The translations under genes were made by a program, and so were the position numbers. From a bacterium HR37 (GTDB lineage: Bacteria > Desulfobacterota_D > UBA1144 > Nemesobacterales > CSP1-2), in NCBI GenBank assembly GCA_002898375.1, contig BEIN01000015.1:4414-68413 (forward strand): a stretch of 64,000 bases of DNA. The letters are read 5' to 3'. Shown here piece after piece: positions 8,642 to 21,660 of the stretch; the first letter of the stretch is position 1; each line of letters starts with the position of its first letter. The notes below the pieces were generated by a model, which had not been told where the DNA came from, searched no databases, and saw only the letters and a list, made by a program, of their open reading frames with translations.

Positions 8642-9931
8642 ATGAGCGTAGAAGAAGCAGGTGGTTTTCCAGTTGAAAGGTTCCTCTTTGCTCTTGCCCT
8701 GATACTTATAACCTCAAAGGTTTTTGGGGAGTTAGCCGAGCGTATAAAACAGCCAGCGGTTCTGGGGGAGTTAGTTGCCGGGGTTGTGCTGGGTGGGAGT
8801 ATGCTGGCTGTGGTTCCATCATTGCCGGGTCAGGCTGGATATGAAACATTTCATCTTATTGCTGAAGTTGGGGTAGCCATATTACTGTTTGAAATTGGCC
8901 TTGAGACAAATCTTAGGGATTTAATAAGGGTTGGTTTTAATGCAACACTTGTTGCGGTTGTAGGGGTTGCTATACCGTTTGCTGCTGGTTTCTTAAGTGT
9001 GTTGGCATTTGAAAAATTTGGCTTACTGGGGAATATAAACCCTGCTTTTACAACTTTGGTGGCTATAACCGCTGGAGCAACTCTAACGGCAACAAGTGTA
9101 GGTATTACAGCAAGGGTTCTTTCCGATATGAACCGCCTTCAAACCGAAGAGGCAAGGATTGTGCTTGGGGCTGCTGTAATAGATGACATCCTCGGTTTAA
9201 TTATACTGGCAATTGTGAGTGGGCTTATTCAGGCGGCAAAACAGGGTGTACATGAAGGACTCAATATAGCCGGTGTGGGAATTATAGCTCTAAAGGCTTT
9301 TGGCTTTCTCTTTGTTGCCATAGTTGTTGGGAATCTCCTTTCAAAGAGGTTGTTTGACCTTATAAATAAAATGAGGGTGCGTGGGGTTCTTGTGCTGAGT
9401 GCGCTTTCGTTTGCACTTATATTTGCCTATATTGCAAAGCTTGTGGGTCTTGCACCCATAGTTGGAGCATTTACAGCTGGTCTTGTTCTTGCACGAACAA
9501 ACCAGTTTAAGATAATTGAAACCCAGTTAAAACCGGTAGCTGATGTGTTTACCCCGGTTTTCTTTATAATGGTTGGAGCGGCTGTTGATGTTCATGTGTT
9601 TAATCCCTTTGAGCCCAGGAACGTTCCTATTCTGCTTATTGCTCTTGTACTCTTTGTTGTAGCCATAGCTGGTAAATTTGTCAGTGGCTGGGTGGTATTT
9701 AAGGAGGGGATTAGGAAAAGCGTTATAGGTATTGGGATGATACCAAGAGGAGAAGTTGGGCTTATATTTGCCAATATGGGGCTTAGCTCTGGAGTTTTTA
9801 GCTCACAGCTGTTTTCTGCGGTAACCGTAATGGTTATGCTTACAACCTTTGTTGCTCCACCGCTTCTAAAAGTGGCTTTTTCAAGGGAGGAGGCTGCTGA
9901 AGGGGAAGTGACAGAAGAGGTAAAACCCTAA
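8642..9931 (+). CDS. CPA2-family cation:proton antiporter (NapA-like)
   Basis: About 12-13 TM helices; LLFEIGLET, ATSVGITARVL, GAAVIDDILGL, GMIPRGEVGLIFA. Confidence 0.92.
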   Translation: MSVEEAGGFPVERFLFALALILITSKVFGELAERIKQPAVLGELVAGVVLGGSMLAVVPSLPGQAGYETFHLIAEVGVAILLFEIGLETNLRDLIRVGFNATLVAVVGVAIPFAAGFLSVLAFEKFGLLGNINPAFTTLVAITAGATLTATSVGITARVLSDMNRLQTEEARIVLGAAVIDDILGLIILAIVSGLIQAAKQGVHEGLNIAGVGIIALKAFGFLFVAIVVGNLLSKRLFDLINKMRVRGVLVLSALSFALIFAYIAKLVGLAPIVGAFTAGLVLARTNQFKIIETQLKPVADVFTPVFFIMVGAAVDVHVFNPFEPRNVPILLIALVLFVVAIAGKFVSGWVVFKEGIRKSVIGIGMIPRGEVGLIFANMGLSSGVFSSQLFSAVTVMVMLTTFVAPPLLKVAFSREEAAEGEVTEEVKP

Positions 9932-9948
9932 GGAGGTTTCCGATCGGG

Positions 9949-10464
9949 ATGGGATCCAGAGATTGCTTAAAGTTTTTATGTGCGTTTGTTATTTTGGGTG
10001 TTGCTTCTACCGAATGGGCAAGTGCAGCTGAAAGTGTGCTCAGCGTAGATAAGAGTCTTATAATTCAGATTGTGATCTTTGTGGCTTCTATATTTATACT
10101 GAATAATCTTTTATTTAGACCGCTTCTAAACATTGTGGAGAAGAGGGAAAGGTTAACTGTGGGTGCTATTGAAGAGGCCAAGAGACTGGAAGCGGAGGTA
10201 GAGAGGATTATAGGTGAGTATAATAGACGCCTTAATGAGGCAAGGGCTCAGGCAATGGAGGAGAGAAACGAGATGAGGCGTCAGGCTCAAAGGGCTGCGG
10301 AGGAGTTGGTTGAGAGGGCAAAGATGGAAGCTCAGATCCTTATAGAGGAAGCAAAATCAAAGCTCGAGGAGGAGATAGGTGTAATAAAGGAAAGAATCAA
10401 GCCTGAAATTGAAGTGCTTGCAAAAGAGCTTGCCTTACAAATCCTTGGGAAAAAGGAGTTATAA
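9949..10464 (+). CDS. atpF: F0F1 ATP synthase subunit b'
   Basis: TM segment IQIVIFV..ILNNLLFRPLL..KRE then coiled coil; first atp gene; AAGGAGG SD. Confidence 0.85.
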   Translation: MGSRDCLKFLCAFVILGVASTEWASAAESVLSVDKSLIIQIVIFVASIFILNNLLFRPLLNIVEKRERLTVGAIEEAKRLEAEVERIIGEYNRRLNEARAQAMEERNEMRRQAQRAAEELVERAKMEAQILIEEAKSKLEEEIGVIKERIKPEIEVLAKELALQILGKKEL

Positions 10465-10468
10465 GGAA

Positions 10469-11029
10469 TTGTTTGACTTTGATATAATAAATCTAATAAT
10501 TACGGTGGCTTCTAAGGAAGAACATGGGGTGTTTAACTGGAGGTTTGTAGCGGAGTATACCGTAAATCTTATTATACTCCTTGCTGTGCTTTCCTACTTC
10601 CTTAAGGAACCTATAAGGAATTTCCTTATTGAGAGGCGTGGTATAATAGGAAATGAAATAGATGAGGCTCAAAAAACGATAGCACAGGCAAAGAAAAAAT
10701 ACGAGGAGTATCTAGAGCGAATGAAAAATATCGAGAGTGAGATTGAATCCTTAAAAGAGGTTGTTCGCAAAGAGGGTGAAATAGAGAGAGAGGAGATCAT
10801 AAAACAAGCCGAACTTGCTTCAAAAAAGATAAGAGATGAAGCCAGTGAAGCAATAAAACTTCAGGCTGAAAGGTTACGTCATGATATCCAGAATGAGATA
10901 GTGTCTTTGGTTGTAGGGCTTGCCGAAAACATAATCAAGCAGAAGCTAGATGAAGCTGATGAAAGAAAGATTTTTGAGAGTTTTATTAAGAAACTAGAGG
11001 GGGAGAGATGGCATCAATTGCAACATTAA
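10469..11029 (+). CDS. atpF: F0F1 ATP synthase subunit b
   Basis: VNLIILLAVLSYFLKEPIRNFLIERR then coiled coil. Start placed at in-frame TTG 10469 (track starts 10409). Confidence 0.85.
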   Translation: MFDFDIINLIITVASKEEHGVFNWRFVAEYTVNLIILLAVLSYFLKEPIRNFLIERRGIIGNEIDEAQKTIAQAKKKYEEYLERMKNIESEIESLKEVVRKEGEIEREEIIKQAELASKKIRDEASEAIKLQAERLRHDIQNEIVSLVVGLAENIIKQKLDEADERKIFESFIKKLEGERWHQLQH

Positions 11030-11547
11030 GGGATCTTTTAGAAGCACTTATAGAATCTGCAAGAGAAGAGGGAAAACTCCATAAGGTACTATCTGATGTG
11101 GAAAACCTATTTGAGGTGGTTAACAACTATGAAGAGATAAGGGAAATACTGGGAAGTCCGGCATACGATGTGGAAAAAAGAAAGGAGTTGGTAAATGAGA
11201 TAGCCCGGATCTTTAATTTTGATAGTTTAACAGTTAACTTTGTAAGTTTGATAATTGAGCTTGGCAGGTTTAAGGCGTTTCTAAGGTCACAGGAGCCAAC
11301 AATAAGAAGGCTAAGGAGGGCTTCGGGCAAAATAAAGGCTGAGATAGTAGTGGCCAGAAGCCTTTCAGAGTCAGAGCTAAATACCTTAAAAGAATCCATC
11401 AAGAAGCTTACCGGAAGTGAGGTGGATGTTAGTGTAAAGGTGGATCCAACCATACTTGGAGGAATTATAGCAAAGATTGAGGACAGAGTATTTGACAGTA
11501 GTATAAAGACCCAGCTGGAGAGAACGAAGGTACTTCTCTCCACTTAA
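11008..11547 (+). CDS. atpH: ATP synthase F1 delta subunit
   Basis: VDPTILGGIIAKIEDRVFDSSIKTQL C-terminal motif; operon position. Confidence 0.92.
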   Translation: MASIATLRDLLEALIESAREEGKLHKVLSDVENLFEVVNNYEEIREILGSPAYDVEKRKELVNEIARIFNFDSLTVNFVSLIIELGRFKAFLRSQEPTIRRLRRASGKIKAEIVVARSLSESELNTLKESIKKLTGSEVDVSVKVDPTILGGIIAKIEDRVFDSSIKTQLERTKVLLST

Positions 11548-11569
11548 TCCACGAACCATATAGGATTAA

Positions 11570-13102
<1,533 letters not shown>

Positions 13103-13116
13103 ACAAAAGGTGAGAT

Positions 13117-15445
<2,329 letters not shown>

Positions 15446-15459
15446 GAGGAGAAACTAAA

Positions 15460-15858
15460 GTGGCTGATAAACTGTGGCTAAGAGTTATAACACCTTCTAG
15501 TCTTGTTGTGGATGAGGAAGTTGATGAGGTTCTAGCTCCTGGAGAGCTTGGAGAGTTTGGAATACTTCCAGGACATGTTCCTTTTATAACCCTTCTTGCA
15601 CCTGGTGAGTTAATCTACAGGAAAGATGGAACTGAGAAGAGATTTATACTTTTGGGGGGTATTTTAGAGGTTAAAGACGACAAGGTTAAGGTACTTACCG
15701 AGTTTGTTGAGGACCCTTCAAGCATAGATCCTGCGGTAGCCAGGAAAGAGTTAGAGGCCGTTATGGAGGAGCTAAAAGGTTTTGGGGGAAGCTCAAAGGA
15801 GCTTAAAGAGCTAACCCGCAAACTAAAGCTTGCTCAGATAAGGGCAGGTATTGGCTGA
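15460..15858 (+). CDS. atpC: ATP synthase F1 epsilon subunit
   Basis: PGELGEFGILPGHVPFIT motif; follows atpD. Confidence 0.95.
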   Translation: MADKLWLRVITPSSLVVDEEVDEVLAPGELGEFGILPGHVPFITLLAPGELIYRKDGTEKRFILLGGILEVKDDKVKVLTEFVEDPSSIDPAVARKELEAVMEELKGFGGSSKELKELTRKLKLAQIRAGIG

Positions 15859-15882
15859 TAACCGTAGCTTGCCTGTTAGCAG

Positions 15883-17232
15883 CTAAATGTGATCGTAGTA
15901 GTAGTCTAGCCCAAGATGGGTTATAAGCTCTTCGCCTCTTAAATAACGCAGGGTGTTTTTTAACTTCATAAGCTGGATAAAGAGATCGTGTTCAGGGTAA
16001 AGCCCCTCCCTTACCATAGGGCTTTTAAAATAGAAGGAAAGCCATTCTTGTATTCCATAGAGGCCTGCTCTTTGGGCTAGATCCAGGAAAAGAACGAGAT
16101 CAAGCACTATTGGGGCTGCAAGTATGCTATCCCTGCACAGGAAATTTATCTTTATTTGCATTGGATAACCAAGCCATCCAAATATATCTATGTTATCCCA
16201 AGCCTCCTTTGCATCTCCTCTTGGGGGGTAGTAGTTGATTCTCACCTTATGATAGAAATCCGAGTAGAGTTCAGGATACAGATCGGGTTGCAGTATGTGT
16301 TCAAGAACGCTAAGCTTGCTTTCCTCTTTTGTTTTAAACGAATAAGGGTCGTCTAAAACCTCTCCGTCTCTGTTTCCAAGTATGTTTGTTGAAAACCATC
16401 CCTTAAGCCCAATCATCCGGGCCTTTAGCCCTGGGGCTATAATGGTTTTCATTAGCGTTTGCCCGGTTTTAAAGTCCTTTCCAGCTATAGGAACCTTTTT
16501 CTCTATTGCGAGCTCAACAAGGGCTGGAATGTCTACGGAAAGGTTTGGAGCTCCATTTGCATACGGTATACCACACCTTAATGCAGCATAGGCATAAATC
16601 ATGCTAGGTGCAATATCGGGATGGTTATCCTTTAGGCCCTCTTCAAAACTTTCAATTGAGCTGTGTACCTTAGAAGGCTTTAGGTAAACCTCTGTGCTAC
16701 CGCACCATATCATAACTGCTCTGCTGATCCCATTTTCTTTCTTAAATCGTTCAATATCTTCTATAAGTTGTTCTGCAAGCTCAAACTTTGTCTTTCCCCT
16801 CTTTAGGTATGTTCCATTTAGTTTCCTAACATACCTCTTATTAAAGACAGCTGGCATGGGTTTCTTTTCTTCCAGTACGTCCTTTAGATTATCTAGAAGT
16901 GTCTTTTCAAGAACACCAGCTTTAAGAGCAGATTCATAACAGTTATCCGGGAATATGTCCCATCCACCAAAGACCAAATCCTCAGGTTTGGCAAGGGGAA
17001 CAAAGTCTTTTATACGGGGGAACCTCTTTTCGGTTCTCTTTCCCAGCCTGATTGTTCCCATCTGGGTAAGTGACCCTATGGGTAAACCCAATCCCCTTTT
17101 TATTGCCTCAACTCCTGCAATGAAAGTGGTGCTTACAGCTCCCCCCATTCCCGGGAGCAAAACACCCAGCTTCCCTTCAGGAGAGAGAATCTCTATATTG
17201 TTGCTATGTTTTTGCTTGTGCTTGGATGGCAA
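15883..17232 (-). CDS. ino1: myo-inositol-1-phosphate synthase
   Basis: FGGWDI, GKDFKTGQTLMK, NILGNRDG, GDAKEAWDNI, CRDSILAAPIVLDL. The TTG start is uncertain. Confidence 0.93.
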   Translation of the reverse strand: MPSKHKQKHSNNIEILSPEGKLGVLLPGMGGAVSTTFIAGVEAIKRGLGLPIGSLTQMGTIRLGKRTEKRFPRIKDFVPLAKPEDLVFGGWDIFPDNCYESALKAGVLEKTLLDNLKDVLEEKKPMPAVFNKRYVRKLNGTYLKRGKTKFELAEQLIEDIERFKKENGISRAVMIWCGSTEVYLKPSKVHSSIESFEEGLKDNHPDIAPSMIYAYAALRCGIPYANGAPNLSVDIPALVELAIEKKVPIAGKDFKTGQTLMKTIIAPGLKARMIGLKGWFSTNILGNRDGEVLDDPYSFKTKEESKLSVLEHILQPDLYPELYSDFYHKVRINYYPPRGDAKEAWDNIDIFGWLGYPMQIKINFLCRDSILAAPIVLDLVLFLDLAQRAGLYGIQEWLSFYFKSPMVREGLYPEHDLFIQLMKLKNTLRYLRGEELITHLGLDYYYDHI

Positions 17233-17238
17233 GGAAAA

Positions 17239-17631
17239 CTACCTCTTTGAATACTGTTGCCCTCGTCTTGCTTTCCTTCTTCCGTATTTCTTTCTCTCCA
17301 CCATTCTTGGATCTCTTGTCAGAAGCCCTGCACTCTTTAGGCTTTTTTTAAAGGCCTCGCTTACATTAAGAAGCGCTCTTGCAAGCCCATGCCTTATGGC
17401 ACCAGCCTGTCCGCTTAGCCCGCCTCCACTTACGTCTATATAAACATCGAACTTCCCCATAGTCTGGGTTACTTTAAGTGGTTCAAGTGCGTGTGCCCTC
17501 CATGCCTCTCGTGGAAAGTAGAGATCAACTGGCTTTTCGTTTATAGATATCTTTCCTTCACCCGGGCGAAGCCAAACACGCGCAACCGAGGTTTTTCGTC
17601 TACCAGTTCCATAATAGGTAACCTCTACCAT
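17239..17631 (-). CDS. rpsI: 30S ribosomal protein S9
   Basis: [26 protein letters not shown], ...QYSKR. Confidence 0.98.
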   Translation of the reverse strand: MVEVTYYGTGRRKTSVARVWLRPGEGKISINEKPVDLYFPREAWRAHALEPLKVTQTMGKFDVYIDVSGGGLSGQAGAIRHGLARALLNVSEAFKKSLKSAGLLTRDPRMVERKKYGRRKARRGQQYSKR

Positions 17632-17636
17632 ACCTG

Positions 17637-18065
17637 TTATACCTCCAAGGGCTCCGGTTTTTGTGCATGGTGGGGATGATTATCACCGGAGTATACTTTG
17701 AGCCTTTTTATAAGCTTTTTCTGCCATTTGGTCTTGGGTAACATTCCCCATACAGCTTTTCTGATTATCTCTTCAGGGTTCTTTTTTAAAAGCTCTCCAG
17801 CGGTTATGGATTTAAGTCCTCCCGGATAAGGAGTATGCCAATAGTAGGTTTTTTGACTCCACTTCTTTCCCGTAAATCTGACCTTGTCAGCATTTATAAC
17901 GATAACGAAGTCCCCTATATCAGCATGGGGTGTAAACTGTGGTTTGTCTTTACCCCTTAGCAACCTTGCAATCTTCGTTGCAAGCCTTCCTACAGTCTTA
18001 CCTTTGGCATCTATCAGATACCATTTTTTCTCTATATCTTCACTTTTGGCCACATAGGTTTTCAT
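17637..18065 (-). CDS. rplM: 50S ribosomal protein L13
   Basis: [40 protein letters not shown]. Start at ATG 18065 (MKTY). Confidence 0.98.
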   Translation of the reverse strand: MKTYVAKSEDIEKKWYLIDAKGKTVGRLATKIARLLRGKDKPQFTPHADIGDFVIVINADKVRFTGKKWSQKTYYWHTPYPGGLKSITAGELLKKNPEEIIRKAVWGMLPKTKWQKKLIKRLKVYSGDNHPHHAQKPEPLEV

Positions 18066-18099
18066 CTCAGCTTTCCCCTGTATTCTAGGCAGGTAAAGC

Positions 18100-18127
18100 A
18101 TTCTACCAAATCCCTTTTAATTGTCAA
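18100..18127 (-). promoter_or_regulatory. Sigma-70-type promoter of rplM-rpsI-ino1
   Basis: Minus strand TTGACA (18127-18122), 16 nt, TGG-TAGAAT (18105-18100), i.e. extended -10. Confidence 0.7.
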
Positions 18128-18229
18128 GCAGTGGTCTGGCTCATATAAGCGATTAAAAGTTTGCTTCTTGATTAAAAGATCGTGTGTGGTAGGGTAGGTG
18201 TAAAGTATATTTTTGGGTAAAGTTAGACT

Positions 18230-18907
18230 ATGAGTGTAAACAAGAATATAAAATTACTGGTATTTGATGCTTATGGAACCCTATTTGATACCAGCTCGGT
18301 CATATCTTTATGCAATGAGCTATTTCCAGGTTATGGTGGGGAATTAAGCAGGATTTGGCGTTCCAAACAGTTGGAGTACACCTGGCTTCGTAGTTTGATG
18401 GAGCGTTATGTTACCTTCTGGAAGGTAACTGAGGATGCACTGTTGTTTGCCTGTAAGACGCTAAATCTCTCATGTGAGCTGTCTGCTCGAAACCGTCTTA
18501 TGGAGGCTTATCTGAGGCTTGCTCCTTATCCTGATGTAAAGATAGCATTGAGTGCTCTCTCAGGATACAGACTAGCAATACTCTCAAATGGGTCTCCCTT
18601 TATGCTTGAGGCTATGTTAAAGAATGCAGGGCTAGAGGGTGTATTTGCTTATGTAATAAGTGCAGATGAGGTTAGTGTATACAAACCGAGTCCTCTTGTA
18701 TATGAGCTTGTAGTTTTAAAGACAGGTTTGGGTGTTAATTCCATTGGTTTTGTTTCCTCTAACTCTTTTGACGTTAACGGTGCAAAGTCATTTGGGTTAT
18801 GGACATGCTGGGTAAACCGTTCAAAAAACATCTGGGATGAGCTTGACTTACTGCCTGACGTAACAGTGGAGAGTTTAACGGAATTAGTAGATATACTTCC
18901 AAAGTAG
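18230..18907 (+). CDS. Haloacid dehalogenase type II ((S)-2-haloacid dehalogenase-like)
   Basis: FDAYGTLFD, WRSKQLEYTWLRSLM, AILSNG, YKPSP, FVSSNSFDVNGAK. Confidence 0.88.
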   Translation: MSVNKNIKLLVFDAYGTLFDTSSVISLCNELFPGYGGELSRIWRSKQLEYTWLRSLMERYVTFWKVTEDALLFACKTLNLSCELSARNRLMEAYLRLAPYPDVKIALSALSGYRLAILSNGSPFMLEAMLKNAGLEGVFAYVISADEVSVYKPSPLVYELVVLKTGLGVNSIGFVSSNSFDVNGAKSFGLWTCWVNRSKNIWDELDLLPDVTVESLTELVDILPK

Positions 18908-18991
18908 GTAGGTAAGCAGGATACCAGGGGTATACTATTTGTGGGTTCTCTGTGTTATACTTTGATTCTAAGGTAAGGCTGGAGTGGGGAT

Positions 18992-19192
18992 ATGGTATGT
19001 GATAATTGTGGGGAAGTTTATGAGTTAGCAGATAATACGTTTATTAAAACAAACCTTAGTAACCTTGGTTACAGGACTGAATACAATTTATGTCCAAAGT
19101 GTGCTGAGGTATTGATAACCTTGATAAGGTATAGGCTTCTAAGAAGGGCCTATCTAATAGTGAATAAGTACCTTATAAGTATCAACAGGTAG
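18992..19192 (+). CDS. Small putative zinc-binding protein (66 aa)
   Basis: CDNC...CPKC; GGAG SD at 18981; TGTTATACT extended -10 at 18953-18961; fills an otherwise empty gap. Confidence 0.6.
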   Translation: MVCDNCGEVYELADNTFIKTNLSNLGYRTEYNLCPKCAEVLITLIRYRLLRRAYLIVNKYLISINR

Positions 19193-19300
19193 GGTTACAG
19201 GTTTTTAACTTCTGCCGTTATACCTGGAATTCTAGCTAGATTCATTGTATTCTGTTTCGTAGATAAATTATCTAAGGATATAAGGGTAGGGGAATAAATA

Positions 19301-21400
19301 ATGAGGAAACCTAATAGATTAATAAGGGAAAAGAGTCCTTATTTGCTTCAGCATGCATATAATCCTGTGGATTGGTATCCGTGGGGAGAAGAGGCATTTG
19401 AGAAGGCAAAAAGGGAGGATAAACCTATTTTTCTCTCGATAGGTTATTCAACATGTCACTGGTGCCATGTAATGGAGAAAGAATCTTTTGAAGACCCAGA
19501 AGTCGCTAAGCTTATTAACGAGGTTTTTGTTCCGATAAAAGTAGATAGAGAGGAACGTCCAGACATTGATAATGTATACATGAAGGTATGCCAGCTAATT
19601 TCACAGGGAGGATGTGGTTGGCCACTAAACGTTATATTAACTCCGGATGGGAAGCCCTTCTTTGTGGCTACCTATATACCCAAAGAGAACAGATTTGGAC
19701 GTATAGGGATGCTGGATTTGATACCTCGTATTAAGGAGTTCTGGGAAACACGACGCAAGGATATACTGGATTCGGCAGTTCAGATTACCTCTGTCCTAGA
19801 GAAGATATCTCAAGGAACTGAGAGTTTGGGGGGAGAGGATCTTGATGCTTCAACTCTTAATCTGGCTTATGAGCAGCTTGCTAGAAACTTTGACAGTACT
19901 TACGGAGGGTTCAGCCAAGCTCCTAAGTTTCCAACCCCACATAACCTTCTTTTCCTGCTTCGCTACTGGAAGCGTAGTGGAGACAGTAGGGCATTGTGGA
20001 TGGTGGAGAAGACACTTCAAGCAATGCGCCTTGGAGGGATATACGATCATGTAGGATTTGGATTTCACAGGTATTCTACGGATTCAAAGTGGCTTGTTCC
20101 CCATTTTGAGAAAATGCTCTATGATCAGGCATTGATAGCTATGGCTTATACAGAGGCATACCAAGCAACGGGAAGGTTAGAGTACAGGGAAACTGCTGGT
20201 GAAATTTTTACCTATGTTTTAAGAGATATGACCTCACCTGAAGGTGGCTTTTACTCCGCCGAAGATGCGGACAGCGAGGGAGAAGAGGGAAAGTTCTATC
20301 TCTGGACGGAAGAGGAGATTAGAGAACTTCTTGGAGAGGAGTCTGAGCTTATAATTAAAATCTTTAACGTTGAGAAAGAGGGTAACTTTAGCGAGGAGGC
20401 AAGTGGAAGAAGAACAGGAAGAAATATACTTTACTTACGTAAGCCTCTTGCAGATATCTCAGCCTCTCTTAATATCCCTTTTGAAGAGCTAAAGGCTCGA
20501 GTTGAACGTGCACGTGAGAAACTTTTCTCCTACAGAGAGAAACGTATACATCCCGGTAAAGACGATAAGATTTTAACGGATTGGAATGGGCTTATGATAG
20601 CAGCACTTGCAAAGGGGGGTATGGTATTTGATGAACCTAAGTATCTAGAGGCTGCCAGGCGTGCTGTAGATTTTATACTTAACCGCTTAACTACACCTGA
20701 TGGAAGACTCCTTCACCGCTATCGTGAGGGAGAGGCTGCTGTGGTTGCAACACTTGATGACTATGCCTTCTTCATCTGGGGATTAATAGAGCTTTATGAG
20801 GCCACCTTTGATATTGGCTATCTTAAAATAGCCCTCAGGTTGAATGATGATATGATTAAACACTACTGGGATGAAAAAAATGGGGGTTTTTATCTAACTC
20901 CAGACGATGGGGAAGCTCTTATTGTACGTCCAAAGGAAATCTACGATGGTGCTATCCCTTCGGGAAATTCTGTGGCAATGCTTAACTTGCTAAGGTTGGC
21001 AAAGATTACCGCAAATCCGGATTTCGAAAGAAGGGCTATTGGTATTGTAAGGGTTTTCTCTAGGATCGTTAAGCAGTTACCTTTGGCGCATACACAACTT
21101 ATGATTGCTCTGGACTTTGCACTTGGGCCATCTTATGAGGTGGTTGTCGTTGGAAAGCCTGGTTCAGAAGATACAAATAAAATGTTAAAATCTCTGCATA
21201 GGCCGTTTGTTCCAAACAAAGTGGTTGTGTTCTGCTCGACCGAAAAGGGTTATCCAGGTATAGAGGAAATTGCAGAATTTGCTAAAAACTACTCTGCCCT
21301 GAATGGTAAGGCTACAGCTTACGTGTGTATTAACTATGAGTGTGGCCTTCCAACGACAGATGTAGATAAGATGTTAGAGATGTTGGGTATACAAAGATAA
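19301..21400 (+). CDS. Thioredoxin-domain protein, YyaL/SPATA20 family
   Basis: [59 protein letters not shown]. Confidence 0.93.
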   Translation: MRKPNRLIREKSPYLLQHAYNPVDWYPWGEEAFEKAKREDKPIFLSIGYSTCHWCHVMEKESFEDPEVAKLINEVFVPIKVDREERPDIDNVYMKVCQLISQGGCGWPLNVILTPDGKPFFVATYIPKENRFGRIGMLDLIPRIKEFWETRRKDILDSAVQITSVLEKISQGTESLGGEDLDASTLNLAYEQLARNFDSTYGGFSQAPKFPTPHNLLFLLRYWKRSGDSRALWMVEKTLQAMRLGGIYDHVGFGFHRYSTDSKWLVPHFEKMLYDQALIAMAYTEAYQATGRLEYRETAGEIFTYVLRDMTSPEGGFYSAEDADSEGEEGKFYLWTEEEIRELLGEESELIIKIFNVEKEGNFSEEASGRRTGRNILYLRKPLADISASLNIPFEELKARVERAREKLFSYREKRIHPGKDDKILTDWNGLMIAALAKGGMVFDEPKYLEAARRAVDFILNRLTTPDGRLLHRYREGEAAVVATLDDYAFFIWGLIELYEATFDIGYLKIALRLNDDMIKHYWDEKNGGFYLTPDDGEALIVRPKEIYDGAIPSGNSVAMLNLLRLAKITANPDFERRAIGIVRVFSRIVKQLPLAHTQLMIALDFALGPSYEVVVVGKPGSEDTNKMLKSLHRPFVPNKVVVFCSTEKGYPGIEEIAEFAKNYSALNGKATAYVCINYECGLPTTDVDKMLEMLGIQR

Positions 21401-21417
21401 ATAAAAATTTGGATATC

Positions 21418-21445
21418 TTGCTTTTCAACAACTTGTTTTTATAAT
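21418..21445 (+). promoter_or_regulatory. Sigma-70-type promoter for the small acidic protein gene
   Basis: TTGCTT (21418-21423), 16 nt, TATAAT (21440-21445). Confidence 0.55.
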
Positions 21446-21501
21446 TTCTTTTGAATGGTAAACAATAAATAGTTTTGTTGTATAGGCTAAGGGAGGAGCC
21501 G

Positions 21502-21660
21502 ATGCCTAGGAAGGGTAAGAAGAAAATAAAAGATTTGGTTGATTTGCTTGAAAATCCAGACAGTGAGGCATATATAGGTGGAGATTATGAGGACTTAATG
21601 GAGCAACTAGAGAGGGATTTAGAAGAGGAGGAGGAGATTCAGGAGGAAGAGGAAGAGTAG
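21502..21660 (+). CDS. Hypothetical 52-aa protein with basic N-terminus and very acidic C-terminus
   Basis: GGGAGGAG SD just before ATG 21502; MPRKGKKKIK...DLEEEEEIQEEEEE; promoter upstream. Confidence 0.65.
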   Translation: MPRKGKKKIKDLVDLLENPDSEAYIGGDYEDLMEQLERDLEEEEEIQEEEEE

